A stretch of 64,000 nucleotides of DNA from Torpedo marmorata (Eukaryota): NCBI GenBank assembly GCA_977017645.1, contig OZ360220.1, forward strand, positions 87,792,001 to 87,856,000, written 5' to 3'. Positions 1-12,852 of this stretch are shown piece after piece; within the stretch, counting starts at the first letter, position 1; every line of letters begins with the position of its first letter. The notes below the pieces were generated by a model. That model worked only from the letters and a program-made list of their open reading frames with translations, was not told where the DNA came from and made no database searches. A program made the translations under genes and the position numbers.

Positions 1-516
1 TAGATTAAATATGTATCAAGTAGAATTTCTACGTATAATATTAGCAGTTTCGAAAAAGTGTATAGCTATTACTTGGAAGTCAGATGTGGATTTAAGTTTA
101 GAACGATGGCATGCAGAGTTACGTTCATGTATACCATTAGAAAAAATTACTTATAACTTACAAAATAAATATAATTTTTTTCTTGAAAATTTGGGGCCCA
201 TATATGAGGATTATGGGTTTAACAATGTAAATTCTCTAGATATCGGATCCACTGGCTAAAATAACCTCTAAGGTAAATTAGTTTTAAGTTTGTTGTCTCC
301 TCATTCTATTTTTCTATCTTTCTTTATTTCTTTTTCTCTTTTACTATATTTTATTTTTAGAGTAGTGGGGATATAGGGGTTAGGGAGGGGAGGGGGGGAA
401 AGGGGGTGAGAAAATGTAGATCACATGTATTTTTGAAATATATGCAAAATTATTTTATGTATTTTGTGATTTAAAAATTTAAATAAAATATTTAAAAAAG
501 AAAAAAAAAAAGAAAA
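1..516 (+). mobile_element. 3' end of an L1-clade LINE (ORF2 C-terminus, 3' UTR, poly-A)
   Basis: ORF 11-259 (MYQVEFLRIILAVSKKCIAITWKSD...) is nearly identical to the C-terminus of ORF 49115-51625. Followed by T-rich and G-rich 3' UTR, AATAAA at ~482 and an A-tail at ~494-516. Confidence 0.93.
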
Positions 517-1344
517 CTAAACAGACACAAAATAAAAGCAGGTACAGTGTTTTTGGGTCATATCAGGTAAACTGTAGACAATTAATATAATAATTCATGA
601 CTTCACTTCTTAACTTCACAGATTCTCGTACTCAGGCTTGAATTCAGAGTAGTCTTCTACACCACAGCTTTCGCCTGAAATATTTATACCCCTTGAAGCT
701 ACAATTCTGCAGAAGATTGTCTTTTGATCTCTCTAATACTTAACCTTTAAACAGAACCATCTTCTTATTCTGGAGGTGTGTTGATGGGGGAGGGAAATGT
801 GTGAGAGCAGTGGTAAAAAAATGCAAATTTACTCTTAGGACCCACTGTTCCAATGGCGATATTATAACTTTTGGCATTTGTGAGGATCCAACAAACTTCA
901 GGGCCTGGATAAGTGACCATCACCATCTCTCCCTGCCTGACTTCACATGTGCATGAGCTTCAGCTTTCAACTTCCTCAACAGCTGAATAACATTGTTATC
1001 AACTTTCCTCTCATACCTGCCATTTCAGCATTCCAAATCACATTTAGAAACTTCACAAAATCTTTCCTATAATCTGAACCTTTGAAGAATGTCTAAGCAA
1101 ATTTTCTAACCATCTCGATTTACTATCCCTTAGCTTTTCTCTTCAGCCAGCATATTCTATTGTGCTCTGGCCAATGTGAGCTCCTGGCTGCATGCCTTTT
1201 CAGCTCCCTTCCCATTCCCATACTGTAGAGTGGCCTTAGAACCACAGAACCATCGAACAGCACAGCACTGGAACAGGTCATTAGCCCTTGGTGAAATGTC
1301 TGACTATAAAGTGGTCATGGGCATAGATCATACTCTCTTTTGAA

Positions 1345-2210
1345 CTTGAAAATCAATCGCTAATCAGATTCAGATTTGAGATTTATTGTCAGAGTACATA
1401 CATGACATCACATACAACCCTGAGATTCCTTTTTTCTGCGGGCACGGCAGAATTACCACTAATCGGTAGTGCAAAAATAAACTGTACACAGCGTAAACAT
1501 GTAAACAAATAAAGAACTGTAAACAGATAATGAATGTAAACAAACTGACTGTGCAATACAGAGAGAACAAAAAGAAAATCAATAAAGTGCACAAGTAAGA
1601 GTCCTTAAATGAGTCTCTGATTGAGTTTGTCGTTGAGGAGTCTGATGGTGGGGGGGTAGCAGCTGTTCCTGAACCTCGTGGTGCGAGTCTTGTGACACTT
1701 ATACCTCTTTCCTGATGGCAGCAGCGAGAACAGTGCGTGTGCTGGGTGGTGAGGGTCTTTGATGATTGCTGCTGCCCTCAGACGGCAGCGTTCCCTGTAG
1801 ATGTACTCAATAGTGGGGAGGGTTTTCCCTGTAATGTCCTGGGCAGTGTCCACTACCTTTTGGAGGGCTTTACGCTCAGGGGTATTGGTGTTCCCATACC
1901 AGACCATGATGCAGTGGGTCAGCACACTTTCCACCACACCTCTGTAGAAATTTGCCAGGTTTTCTGATGTCATACCAAACCTCTGCAAACTCCTGAGGAA
2001 GTAGAGGCGCTGACGTGCTTTCTTCACGATGTCATTGGTGTGTTGGGTCCAGGAAATATCTGCTGAAACTTAAATTTGCTCACCCTCTCCACTTCTGATC
2101 CCCCAATGATCACTGGATTGTATACCTCTGGCTTTCCTTTGCTGAAGTCAACAATCAGCTCCTTAGTTTTGGTGACATTGAGTGCAAGGTTGTTGTTGGT
2201 GCACCATTCA
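1345..2210 (-). mobile_element. 5'-truncated Rex1/Babar-type LINE (RT C-terminal part)
   Basis: ORF 1605-2027 (KKARQRLYFLRSL...HPAHALFSLLPSGKRY...TRFRNS) is a typical Rex1 C-terminus. 3' tail is AATAAA plus TCTGAA-like repeats on the minus strand. Same subfamily as the 3' end at 28030-28462. Confidence 0.88.
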
Positions 2211-2569
2211 GAAAAGTAAATAAAGGCTAATGAGCCTTTATTTATAATACTCTTTCATCAACAAAACAATTCCACCTCTGATATAAGAACATGAAGTTGT
2301 GGCATTTGCCCATTGATTATCCATTACACTGGACAGAGCATAAAGGATGAGATATTTAGGAGTAAATGCATTTTTAATCACATGGTTAATATTAATTATA
2401 GCAATCAAATTCTCATCCTTTGAAACATTAGTTTTCAAGTTCAAGTTTATTGTCACATGTATCAAGATGACATGAGAGAAAATAGAACATGGAAGAGTAC
2501 AGCACAGGACTGGACACTTCAACCCACAAGTAACAGAACTAAATGATTGCCACCCAATAACACTCACCT

Positions 2570-4179
2570 TTACGATCATGAAGTGCTTTTAGCGACTGGT
2601 AATGGACCAATCAAATTGCACCTTCCTGCAACATTGGACCCGTTCCAGTTTGCCAACTATCCAAACTGTTCCGCAGATGATGCTATAGCCTTGACCCTCC
2701 ACTCCGTCCTGACGCACCTCAAGAACGATGCCTCATATGCAAGGCTATTGTTCAATAAATTCAGTTCGGTGTTCAACACAATCATACCTCAAAGGCTGGT
2801 GGATAAACTGTCCTCAATGAGACTCAACACCCCTCTCTGAAACTGGATTCTGGACTTCTTGATCGAAAGACCACAGTCAGTCCGGGTTGGCAGCAAAACC
2901 TCAAGTCCCATCACGCTGAGCACTGGCGTATCTCAGGGCTGTGTGCTTAGCCTGCATCTGTCCCCACTGATGACTCATGACTGCACTGCCAGATTCAGTT
3001 CAAACAGAATCATCATGTTTGTGGGTGATAGAACAGTAGTTGGCCTCATCAGCTCATAAAATGGTGCGAGAACAACAACCTGAATCTCGATGTAGACAAG
3101 ACAAAGGAGATTACTGTGTACTTCAGGAGGACCAAGGTTGATCCTTCTCCCTTACACACCAATGGTTCCGTCGTGGAGAGACTGTTGAGCACAAAATTCC
3201 TTGGTGTGCATATAAAGGACGACCTATCCTGGACCTACAACACCTCCTCATTGGTCAGGAAGGCGCAGCAGTGCCTACACTTCCTAAAGAGGTTGAGGAG
3301 GATAAGCCTACTGGCCCCCATCTTGACAGATTTTTACAGCAGCACAATTGAGAGTGCCCTTTCTGGCTGCATCATTGCGTGGTATCGTAGCTGCAAAGCA
3401 TCAGACTGGAAGTCAATGCAGCGGATGATCAAAACAGATCACTGGGGTTTCCCTTTCCTCTATTGATAACATTTACTGGGAGTATTGCTTAAACCAGGCT
3501 CAAAGAATTATTGAAGACCATTTCCATCCAGCACATAGTATCTTTGACCCACTCCCATCAAGAAGGAGATACACGCGCATTAAAATCAGGACCTCCAGGG
3601 TGGGAAATACCTTCTTCTCACAGGCTCAGAAATTGATGAACAGTACAGGTAGTCCCTGACCTGCGACCTATACGACATACGTCTATCCGCACATATGACC
3701 AAATTTTTTTTTAAATAAAGAAAGAATATATGTAAATATAAAAATTAACGCTTTTCCGATGAAAGTAGGGGCCTACCTTTCAAAAATAGCGCCTCTGGCA
3801 ACGGTGGCCAACCTCTTGCGAGAGCTGGCCTTGGTTTTCAACCTCTCGCGAGAGCTGGCTTGGGGGCTACCATGTTGGATTTGACGAACTCTAATAAGAT
3901 ACAGGGGTTTACAAGGGAGTTCCGACGCGGCCATTTCAAGATATGACCGGTTCCTCGGAACCAATTACGGCCATAAGTCGGGGACAAACTGTATACTGTA
4001 ACCAAGTAAATCATCTCAAGATATTTATATATATTTATTTTAAGTGATGACTTAATGTATATATGTGATTATTATGTACTGTGCATTCTGCGTGTATGTG
4101 TGTGCACTGTGGTCCGGATAAAGGCTGTTTTGTCAGGTTGCATATGTACAGTCAGATGGTAATAAACTTGAACTTGAAC
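2570..4179 (+). mobile_element. Decayed Rex1/Babar-type LINE interrupted by a MITE
   Basis: Fragmented RT motifs ([47 protein letters not shown]) in ORFs 2547-3466. Tail AATAAACTTGAACTTGAAC at 4161-4179. Confidence 0.85.
3646..3991. mobile_element. Tc1/mariner (Tigger-like) MITE
   Basis: Imperfect TIRs CAGGTAGTCCCTGACCTGCGACC / GGCCATAAGTCGGGGACAAACTG, TA on both sides (3644-45, 3992-93), internal ~21-nt direct repeat CAACCTCT(T/C)GCGAGAGCTGGC. Confidence 0.82.
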
Positions 4180-4197
4180 ATGAGTCTGTGCCGAATA

Positions 4198-7165
4198 TCA
4201 AGTCAAGTCAAGTCACCTTTATTTGTCGTTCATTATCATATAGCGTTTCTCCAGGACCATGGGCAGATGTACATAAATATCATAATGCAATAAGAAAAAA
4301 ACTATAACATGCTAATACACATATATGTCTAAACATTGAGGAGCCTGATGGCTTGGGGGAAAAAGCTGTTGCACAATCTGGACGTACGGGCTTCGGTACC
4401 TCCTTCCAGATGGCAAAAGGGCAAAAAGTTTACCAAAGGGGTGTGAGAAGTCCTTCACAATGTTATTAGCCTTCCTCATGCATCGTGTGTTGTAGTTGTC
4501 CGTCATGGTGGGAAGAGAGACACCAATAATTTTCTCCGCTGACCCCACTATCGTCTGCAGGGTCTTTTGATCCGAGATGGTACAGTTTCCAAACCAAGTG
4601 GTGATGCAATTGCTCAGAATACTCTCAATACATCCCCTGAAGAATGTAGTAAGGATAGAGGGTGGTAGATGAACTTTCCTCAGCCTTCACAGGAAGTAAA
4701 GACGCTGCTGGACTTTCTTGACTATGGAACTGGTGTTGAGGGACCAGGTGAGGCTCTTCGTCAAGTGCACTCCAAGAAACTTGGTACTCTTTACGAGCTC
4801 AACGGTAGAGCTGTCCATGGTCAATGGAGAATGATCCCCCCGGGCCCTCCTGAAGTCGACAACCAACTCTTTCGTTTTATTTACATTCAGATGCAGGTTG
4901 TTGGCTCCACACCATTCCATTAGCGACTGCACCTCATCTCTGTATGCTGACTCGTCATTCTTACTAATAAGGCCCACCACGGTCGTATCATCACCGAACT
5001 TGATGATGTGATTCGAGCTATGTTTTGCTGCACAGTCATGAGTCAGCAGAGTGAACAGCAATGGGCTAAGCTCACAGCCCTGGGGAGCCCCCGTGCTCAA
5101 TGTAATGACCTTACAAGTGCTGTTTCCAATCCGGACTGCCTGAGGTCTTCCCGTCAGGAAGTCTAGAATCCAATTACAGAGGGTGTTGTTTAGGCCCATC
5201 CCGCTCAACATCCCTATCAGGTACTGAGGTATTATCGTGTTGAATGCCGAGCTGAAGTCAATAAACAGCATTCAAACATACGCGTCTTTATTTTCCAGGT
5301 GGGTGAGGGCTAGGTGGGGGGTGTTAATGATGGCATCATCCGTGGAGCGGTTTGATCTATATGCGAACTGCAGGGGGTCCAGTGAGGGGGGCAGCAGAAG
5401 CTTGATGTGCCCCATGACGAGCGTCTCGAAGCACTTCATGACAGTAGATGTGAGTTCGACAGGGCGGTAGTCATTGAGGCAGGACACCGTCGACTTCTTC
5501 GGCACGGGGATGATGGTAGCGGCTTTGAAGCACGTTGGAACCACGGCACTGCTCAGGGAGATGTTAAAGATGTCGGTGGGAACATCAGCCAGCTGGGCCG
5601 CACATCTCCTGAGCACTCTGCTGGGAATGTTATCTGGATCAGCAGCTTTCCGTGGGTTAACCTTGCTTAACACTCTCCTCACATCGGCCACTGTAAAACA
5701 CAGCACCTGATCATTTGGAGGAGGGGTGGTCTTCTTTGCCGCTACATCATTTTTCACCTCAAAACGCGCGTAGAAGTTATTCAGTGCATCTGGGAGGGAG
5801 GCATCACCAGCACAGACAGATGGTGTGGTCTTGTGGTTGGTGATATCTTGAATGCCCTTCCACATGCATCGCGTGTCCTTGCTGTCCTGCAAGTGACTCT
5901 GAATTCGCTGGGCATGTGCACGCTTTGTCTCCCTGATGGCCTTAGACAGCTTGGCTCTCGCAATAGCTAGGGTTACCTTGTCGCCCGCACTGAAGGCAGA
6001 ATTTCGGCTCCTCAGCAGCACATGCACCTCCGCAGTCATCCATGGCTTCTGATTAGAGCGAGTAATGTTGGTCTTGGGCACAGTGACTTCGTCAGTACAC
6101 TTACTAATGTAGCTAGTCACTGATGCCGTATACTCCTCCAGATTGATGCAGTCGCCATCGGTTGCTGCTTCCCTGAACATGTGCCAATCAGTACGCTCAA
6201 AGCAGTCCTGAAGTGCATGGATGGCACCTGCTGGCCAGGTTTTAACCTGCTTCAGAACTGGTCTGGAGCATCTGGCGAGCGGTCTGTATGCTGGGGTTAG
6301 CATTACTGAGATATGGTCTGAGTATCCGAGGTGGGGCGGGGCTCCGCCTGATACGCGTCGGAAGTGTTCGTAAACACAAGGTCCAATGTGTTTGCCCCTC
6401 TCGTAGCAAAGTCCACATACTGATAGAATTTAGGTAGCCCTGACTTGAGGTACGCCTGGTTGAAGTCCCCTGCGATAATCAACAGTCCATCAGGGTGTGC
6501 AGTCTGCAGTTCGCCTATAGCCCCACACAGTTCCCAGATCGCCTCCTTGGCATTAGCGCTGGGGGGGATGTACACTCCAACTATAAGGACTGTGGTAAAT
6601 TCCCGTGGTAGATAAAATGGTCTACATCTGACAGTCACAAATTCCACCAGTGTTGAGCAGTGATTGGAAACTAGTACAGAGTCCTTACACCATTCTGTGT
6701 TGATGTAAATACACAAGCCACTGCCACGGACTTTACCACAGAGAGCAGCATCTCTGTCAGCCCGAAATAAAGCGAGCCCATCCAGCTGAATGGCGGCGTC
6801 CGGGACCCTGTCGCTGAGCCACGTTTCAGCAAAGACCAAAACTCAACGCTGCGCAGACCTCTGGAGTCGGATGTGGTCCATTTTATTCTCCAGGGAACAG
6901 ACATTGGCGAGCAGAAAGGACGGTAGGGCCGGCGGCAGGGTTTCGCTCTCAGTCTAGCACGCACCCCTGCTCGCTTACCACGCTTCCTCCATCTCGCGCA
7001 CCGCTTCCGTCTTCTCTGCGACCCCGAGGCTTTAAAGCCTAATCCCCGCAGCAGACCGTGGTCTTGTAGCTTGACCCGTAGATCTTCCCGGAGGTAAGTA
7101 GAGGAGTTTCTAAGTATTTTTAAAGACTGAAGATTGTAGTAGCATCGGGTAACCATATTCCAAAC
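4198..7165 (-). mobile_element. Near full-length Rex1/Babar-type LINE (APE endonuclease + RT), frameshifted
   Basis: APE motifs (FAETWL, IAGDFN, TLDLVF) in 6303-6839. RT motifs ([32 protein letters not shown]) in 4687-6303. (TTGAC)n tail at 4198-4216. Confidence 0.92.
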
Positions 7166-7319
7166 GTTTTTTTTTTAAATTGATGCCCATGTTAAAGTAA
7201 AACTCTACTGCTGGCATATAATACAAATCCCTCTATTCCGTGCATTTTAATATGACTGTCTAGAAGTTTCTTAAACACTACTGTAGTAACTGTTTCCACC
7301 ATTACTCCGAGCAGCCTGT

Positions 7320-7430
7320 TCCAGACGTTTCAAAACATACCGGGGGTGTAGGTTAATTGGGTGTACATTGGACTGCACGGACTCGTGGGCCGAAATGGCC
7401 TGTTACCGTGCTGTATGTCTAAATTTAATT
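7320..7430 (+). mobile_element. SINE 3' fragment (HE1/V-SINE-like, CR1-type tail)
   Basis: GTAGGTTAATTGGGTGT...GGGCCGAAATGGCCTGTTACCGTGCTGTATGTCTAAA resembles the CR1 3' ends in this window and the SINE at 21265-21500. Confidence 0.6.
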
Positions 7431-8304
7431 TTTTTTTAACGTGCTCTGTGTAAAGAATTTGCCCTGCACATGTCCCTTAAAGTTTACCCACCCGTCTCAC
7501 CTTTAAATCATGTCCTCTAGTATGTGACATTTTTACCCTGGGAAAAGATTCTGACGCTATCAATGCCTCTCATAATTTTATAAACTTCTATCAGGTCACG
7601 CCTCAGCCTCCGACGCTCCAGAGGAAGAAAACCCAAGTTTGTCCAACCTCTCCTTATAGCTCATACCTTCTAATCCAGACAAAATCATGGTAAATCTCTT
7701 TCAAAGTCTCCACTTCATTCCTGTAGTGGGGCAGGCAGAATTTTGCACTATACCCCAAGTGCGGACAAACCAACATCTTATTAAACTGCAACATGACTTC
7801 CTTAATTTTATACTCAGTGCCCTAGCCAATGAAGTCAAGCAAACCAAATGCTTTCTTTACCACCCTATCTACTTGAGTGGCCACTTTCAAGGAGCCATGG
7901 ACCTGAATCCCCAGATCCTTCCGCACTTCAATGCTTTTATGAGCCTCCCGGTAACTGAAAATGTTCCCCTTACATTTGACTTCCAAAAGTGCAACACTTG
8001 TCCGAATTAAACTCCATTAACCATTTCTCTGCCCATATCTCCAATTGATTTACATCCTGTTGTATTTTATGACAAACCTCTACTCTGTCCACAACTCTAC
8101 CAATTTTTGTGTCATTTACAAGCCTACTAACCCACCTGTGGTGATAGCTAGTGATACTCCTGACCACTAGAGGGAGTCAGAGATGAATGCTGTACCTCGG
8201 GTTAGATACAAAAAATGGCTGCACCACGAGGTCGTGAGTTGTTAATAAAATATTGTTAATATAAAAGAACCCAAGTTTCTTTATTTCTTAAAAGAAACAT
8301 CACA

Positions 8305-8317
8305 TGGTACCAGGAGT
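8305..8317 (+). promoter_or_regulatory. Primer-binding site complementary to tRNA-Leu(UAA) 3' end
   Basis: TGGTACCAGGAGT directly follows the LTR CA and is the reverse complement of ...ACTCCTGGTACCA (tRNA assignment from recalled vertebrate tRNA-Leu sequence). Confidence 0.75.
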
Positions 8318-9500
8318 ATATATCAGTCGGTATCAGCAGGAAACATGGAGAGTGTGAAGGCTCCTGATGCTGTGAATTGGACTGGGAACGTTGACTATGA
8401 GTGGCGGTTGTTCAAACAACGATTCACACTGTATCTGCAAACCGGATACATGGAAGATTGCACTGCTACTTACCGTGGTGGGACCTCAAGCACTAGAGGT
8501 TTTCAACACATTTGTGTTTGCCGAGACAGATGACCAGGTTATCAAGACAAGGTTATCAAGATGTTTGATAAACACTGCTCACCAAATAAAAATGAAATGT
8601 TCGAGAGGTACGTGTTATGCGCGCGCAAGCAGCTGCAGGCAGAGAGCTTCGATACTTTCTTAACGACTTGAAACTAAAAACAAGAACATGCAGTTTTGGA
8701 TCGCTGCAAGATTCAAGGTTCTGTGATAAATTGTGTTCGGAATTATTGATAAGAAAGTGAGAGAGAGGTTGCTATGAGAGACAGAGCTTACTTTAGCTGG
8801 AGCTGTGAAGATATGCCACACCAGTGAATTAGCTCTGCAGTTCGGTGAGAGTGCAAAAGCCGATGAAAATGAAGACATAGCCATAGCCACAGTGTCTGGA
8901 CATACACATAAACAGAGAACGAGACATAGGAAACAACAAAAAGATGGAGAGACATTCAATTGTAAATGACGTGGCACTCAACATGCACCAAAACAATGCC
9001 CAGCCTATGGAAAAGTCATAATAAGTGCAAAGGGCAGAATCACTATGCAAAGCAATGTTATTCCAAAGGGAAACAAAACAGAAGTGAAAGTGTGCACATT
9101 ATAGAATAAACTGCCCTCAGTGATGCATTCTTCGTGGGCATGTTGGTGCAGGCAGTTCTCAAACCAACAGACACTGAACAGCCAAGTGTGAACAGAGTTG
9201 AGCAGGACAAGTGGACTGTGTCGTGGCATGCAAATGGAGCAGATATTCCTTTCAAGCTCGACACAGGGGCAAAGGCCAAATTGATCTGTGAGAGCGACAT
9301 TAGGACAATGAAGATAAAGCCATACATCCATCCAAAATCTGTTCAGCTCAAGGCCTACAATGGACAGCGCATTGACACGAAAGGTACATGTCGACTAAAG
9401 GTGAAAGTTAAAGGTAAAGAGCACCACCTCATGTGTGCAGTAGTTCCAGATGGACATGAATCACTGCTTGGTGACAAAGCATGTGAAAACTTAAGCCTAG

Positions 9501-10254
9501 TGTTATGGACCATGACTGACAATTTGAACTGCGGACGGTAAGCAGGAAGGATGAAGTCTTTTGGCGTATACACTGGGATCTGGTACTGAAAGAGTTAACT
9601 TGCCCAGGACTTCTTGTATTTACCAGAGAGAGACACCAGAGGGAGACAAACTGTGGAAAGATAGACTTGGGTGTGGAACTTTTTGAAAAAGGGAGCGAGA
9701 GAAAACTCTCTCTACATGAAGGCCTAAAGTTCAGTCGTGGAAAACTGAATCAGTGGCAGTTTTGGAGTTGCAAAAGTGGAAGAACTCAGCAGGATCCAGG
9801 CTTATGCATCCCTGAGAAGAAGTTGGGAGAATAGCACAGAGTCTCTTGAATCAGAAAAATCCAAGCTTGTGTATCCCATGGGAAACGGCTGGGAGAAATA
9901 CAAGGCCTCTTGATGATTCATCAAAATCCTGAGTTGAGAGCAGCTTTTGTGAAGAACCGGCTGTGAGATCCAAGTACACGCCTAAATCCAAAACGGATCT
10001 GAATTCGCAATCCTTGTGAAAACACCAGAAGGGAAAGTCATCAGAGAAGAAAAGCAAGCCAAGTATTCGTAAGCACAAACAGTCATTGTCTCTCTCCAAC
10101 GTTCATTAAGAAGTCCTGCATGCCAGCACACAGAGCTGAATTTGGAACTGTATTTTTGGGACTGACTTGTTTTTTTATGACTGACCTGGGATTTTTGGGG
10201 GAAAGTTTTTCCATTTTTACATGAGGGTTGGGCACAGACTGTAATGGGCTGGGC

Positions 10255-10303
<49 letters not shown>

Positions 10304-10449
10304 TTTAGATAAGAATAGTGTTTATAGACATTTATAGTGGGGTTAATTGTTGTGAAATTATATGTTTAATTGTCTTTAATAAATGTAAAATTTCAATTTT
10401 ACCACTTTTGCATTGCGTCTTCTGTCGTTGCTGGTTTGAATTTGTAACA
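9501..10449 (+). mobile_element. Solo LTR of the Gmr1-like Gypsy family inserted into the pol gene of the Mag-like element
   Basis: TGTTA...TAACA termini, exact 4-bp TSD CTAG (9497-9500, 10450-10453). Removing it restores ...ACENLSLV-KRVYRI.... Homologous to 47961-48834 plus 60720-60808. Confidence 0.93.
10258..10301 (+). repeat. (CA)n microsatellite inside the LTR (second copy at ~48733-48768)
   Basis: Direct reading; same position in both LTR copies. Confidence 0.95.
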
Positions 10450-10929
10450 CTAGTCAAGAGGGTGTATCGCATTAACAGCGCCAATGCACGGAACAGCGTA
10501 GAGGAAATACTGGATCAATTTCCAGACATCCTCAAGGAGTTTGGTGTTCTACCATTCACCTATAAGATACAGTTAAAGGAGGATGCACAGCCAGTAGTGC
10601 ATGCCCCAAGGCAAGTTCCAGCGCCACTAAAAGACAAGCTCAAGCAGGAACTCGACCAAATGACGTCACTAGGGGTCATAAAGAAAGTGGAGGAGCCCAC
10701 AGAATGGGTGAATTCAATGGTGTGTGTCAAAAAGAAGAATAGAGACCTATGCATGTGCATGGACCCAAAATACTTGAATGCCAATATAAAGAGGGAACAT
10801 GATCAGATTCCAACCAGGGATAAAATTACAAGTGAGATGGCTGATGCAAAGTTTTTCACTAAATTGCATGCATCCCACGGCTTCTGGCAAATAAAACTGC
10901 ATGAAGATAGCAGAAAATACTGTACATTC

Positions 10930-11180
10930 AAGACGAGCACTCAACGGCACAAGGACAGCTTCATCCTCGCTGCCATCAGATTCCTGAATAATGAATGAAC
11001 CAAAGACACTGCCTTACTTTTCGTGAAGTATTATTTATATATATATATATATATTTTTTTTTTTTATATAGTAATGTCGTAAGATGGTTATAATATGACT
11101 GTTTGCACTATGATGCTGCCACAAAACACCGAATTTCATGACTTGTTCATGACAATACATTCTGACTCTGATTCTGATTC
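10930..11180 (+). mobile_element. Short Rex1 3' fragment inserted in the Gypsy pol
   Basis: KTSTQRHKDSFILAAIRFLNNE* plus 3' UTR and (ATTCTG)n-like tail, matching the reverse complement of 37448-37680. Confidence 0.88.
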
Positions 11181-11328
11181 AAAAGATGGAATAGGTGCCT
11201 TACTACTTCAGGCTGTGGGAGGAGTTTGGAGGCCAGTCGCATACGCATCAAGGCGATGACCACATCTGAATGTCGATATGCGCAGATAGAGAAAGAGTGT
11301 CTATGGACTCGAGAAATTCCACAGTTAT

Positions 11329-12852
11329 GTGTATGGTCTACCAACATTCATGGCAGAGATAGACCACAAGCCATTAATAGCGATAATCAAGAAAAATCTC
11401 AGTGAGATGTCGCCGCGAATCCAAAGACTGATGATGAAGCTACAACGTTATGACTTTGAATTGGTGTACACACCAGGGAAACTTATTGTGTTGGCTGATG
11501 CGTTGTCCAGGGCAATGACACAGAGTGAAGCACACAATGAGAGTTCCACAGAGACAGATGTGAATCTCCACGTGAACCTTATCACTGAATCTCTTCCCGT
11601 ATCTGACATGAAATCCAAGCAGATCGCAGCTGAAACAGAAATGGACACAGTTCTACAGAACGTCATCAAGAATCTGAATGAAGGATGGCCGAGAGGTGAA
11701 TGTCAGCCATACTACAACATCAGAGCTGAGCTGAGTGTTGTCAATGGGCTTCTACTCAGACAGAGCAGAATTATCATTCCTCAATCACTGCGACAAGAGA
11801 TGCAGAAAAGGGTGCATGAGGGGCACCTTGGAATGAAAAAATGCAAGAGGAAGGCCAGAACTGTTGTTTATTGGCCAGGGATAAATGCTGACATTGACAG
11901 AATGGTTTCCAGCTGTGAGACCTGTCTGAAACATCACGCAAAGCAGCCAAAAGAACCCATGATCATAACTGACTTATCAGCGGAACCATGGCAGAAAGTT
12001 GGGACTGATCTGTTCCACCTAGATGGAAAGAATTACTTGGTGGTTATTGACTAACTATCGAACTATCCGGAGATGGCGCTGCTTCCTAACATGTCTGCAG
12101 CTTGTGTGATCAAATATATGAAATCGATCTTTGCAAGACATGGAATTCCTCAAATCGTCTACAGTGACAATGGACCATGCTACAGTTGTAGAGAATTCCA
12201 GAATTTTGCAGAAGAGTATGATTTTCAACATGTGACTTCAAGTCCTCTACATCACCAGTCAAACGGTAAAGCAGAGAAAGGAGTTCACATAGTTAAACAG
12301 CTGCTCAAGAAAGCACAAGGCAGTGGCTCTGATCCTTATTTAGCTCTGTTAAGTTACCGAGCTTCACCACTTGAACATGACATGTCACCCGCTGATTTCC
12401 TGATGAGACGTAGACTATGCACAACACTTCCCTTCTCTGCAGACCCAAACAAGAACAGAGATGTCAAATGGAAACAAAAGCATCTGCAAAGGAGACAAAA
12501 AGCAAACTATGACAAGTCAGCAAGAAGCTTAGGGCCACTGGCACAACATGACACAGTGAGACTCAGAGATTCCAACACCTGGGAAAAGAAGGCCACTGTG
12601 CTGGAGGAAGTAAATCCAAGATCCTACACTGTCAGAGCAGAGGATGGTCAAGTACTGAGGAGGAATCGAAAGAGCCTGCTGAAAATGCAAGTGACACTGC
12701 AAGAACAGACAAATGCAGAAGATCCAGCCGGCAGACCAACAGAGAAAACACCACCAGTGCTAAACAGTTGTGGACCAGCAGAGCTGACACATGCACCTGT
12801 GTTAAGAAGATCCACATGCGTTATCAAAACACCTGACAGGCTGAACCTCTAA
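11329..12852 (+). pseudogene. Gypsy RNase H-integrase region with one in-frame stop (12052-12054)
   Basis: ORFs 11329-12054 and 12073-12852 share one frame. HHCC zinc motif and DDE-type core are visible. Confidence 0.88.

Noticed and set aside
517-1230. Possible LTR/gag remnant after the first L1 tail
   Set aside because: No interpretable motif or terminal structure could be established by eye.
7091-7100. Minus-strand TACTTACCT resembling the U1 snRNA 5' end
   Set aside because: Only 9 nt match, and it is part of the Rex1 coding region (TACTCACCT in the sister copy).
9982-10301. ORFs starting MCVCVCV
   Set aside because: Translation of (TG)n inside an LTR.
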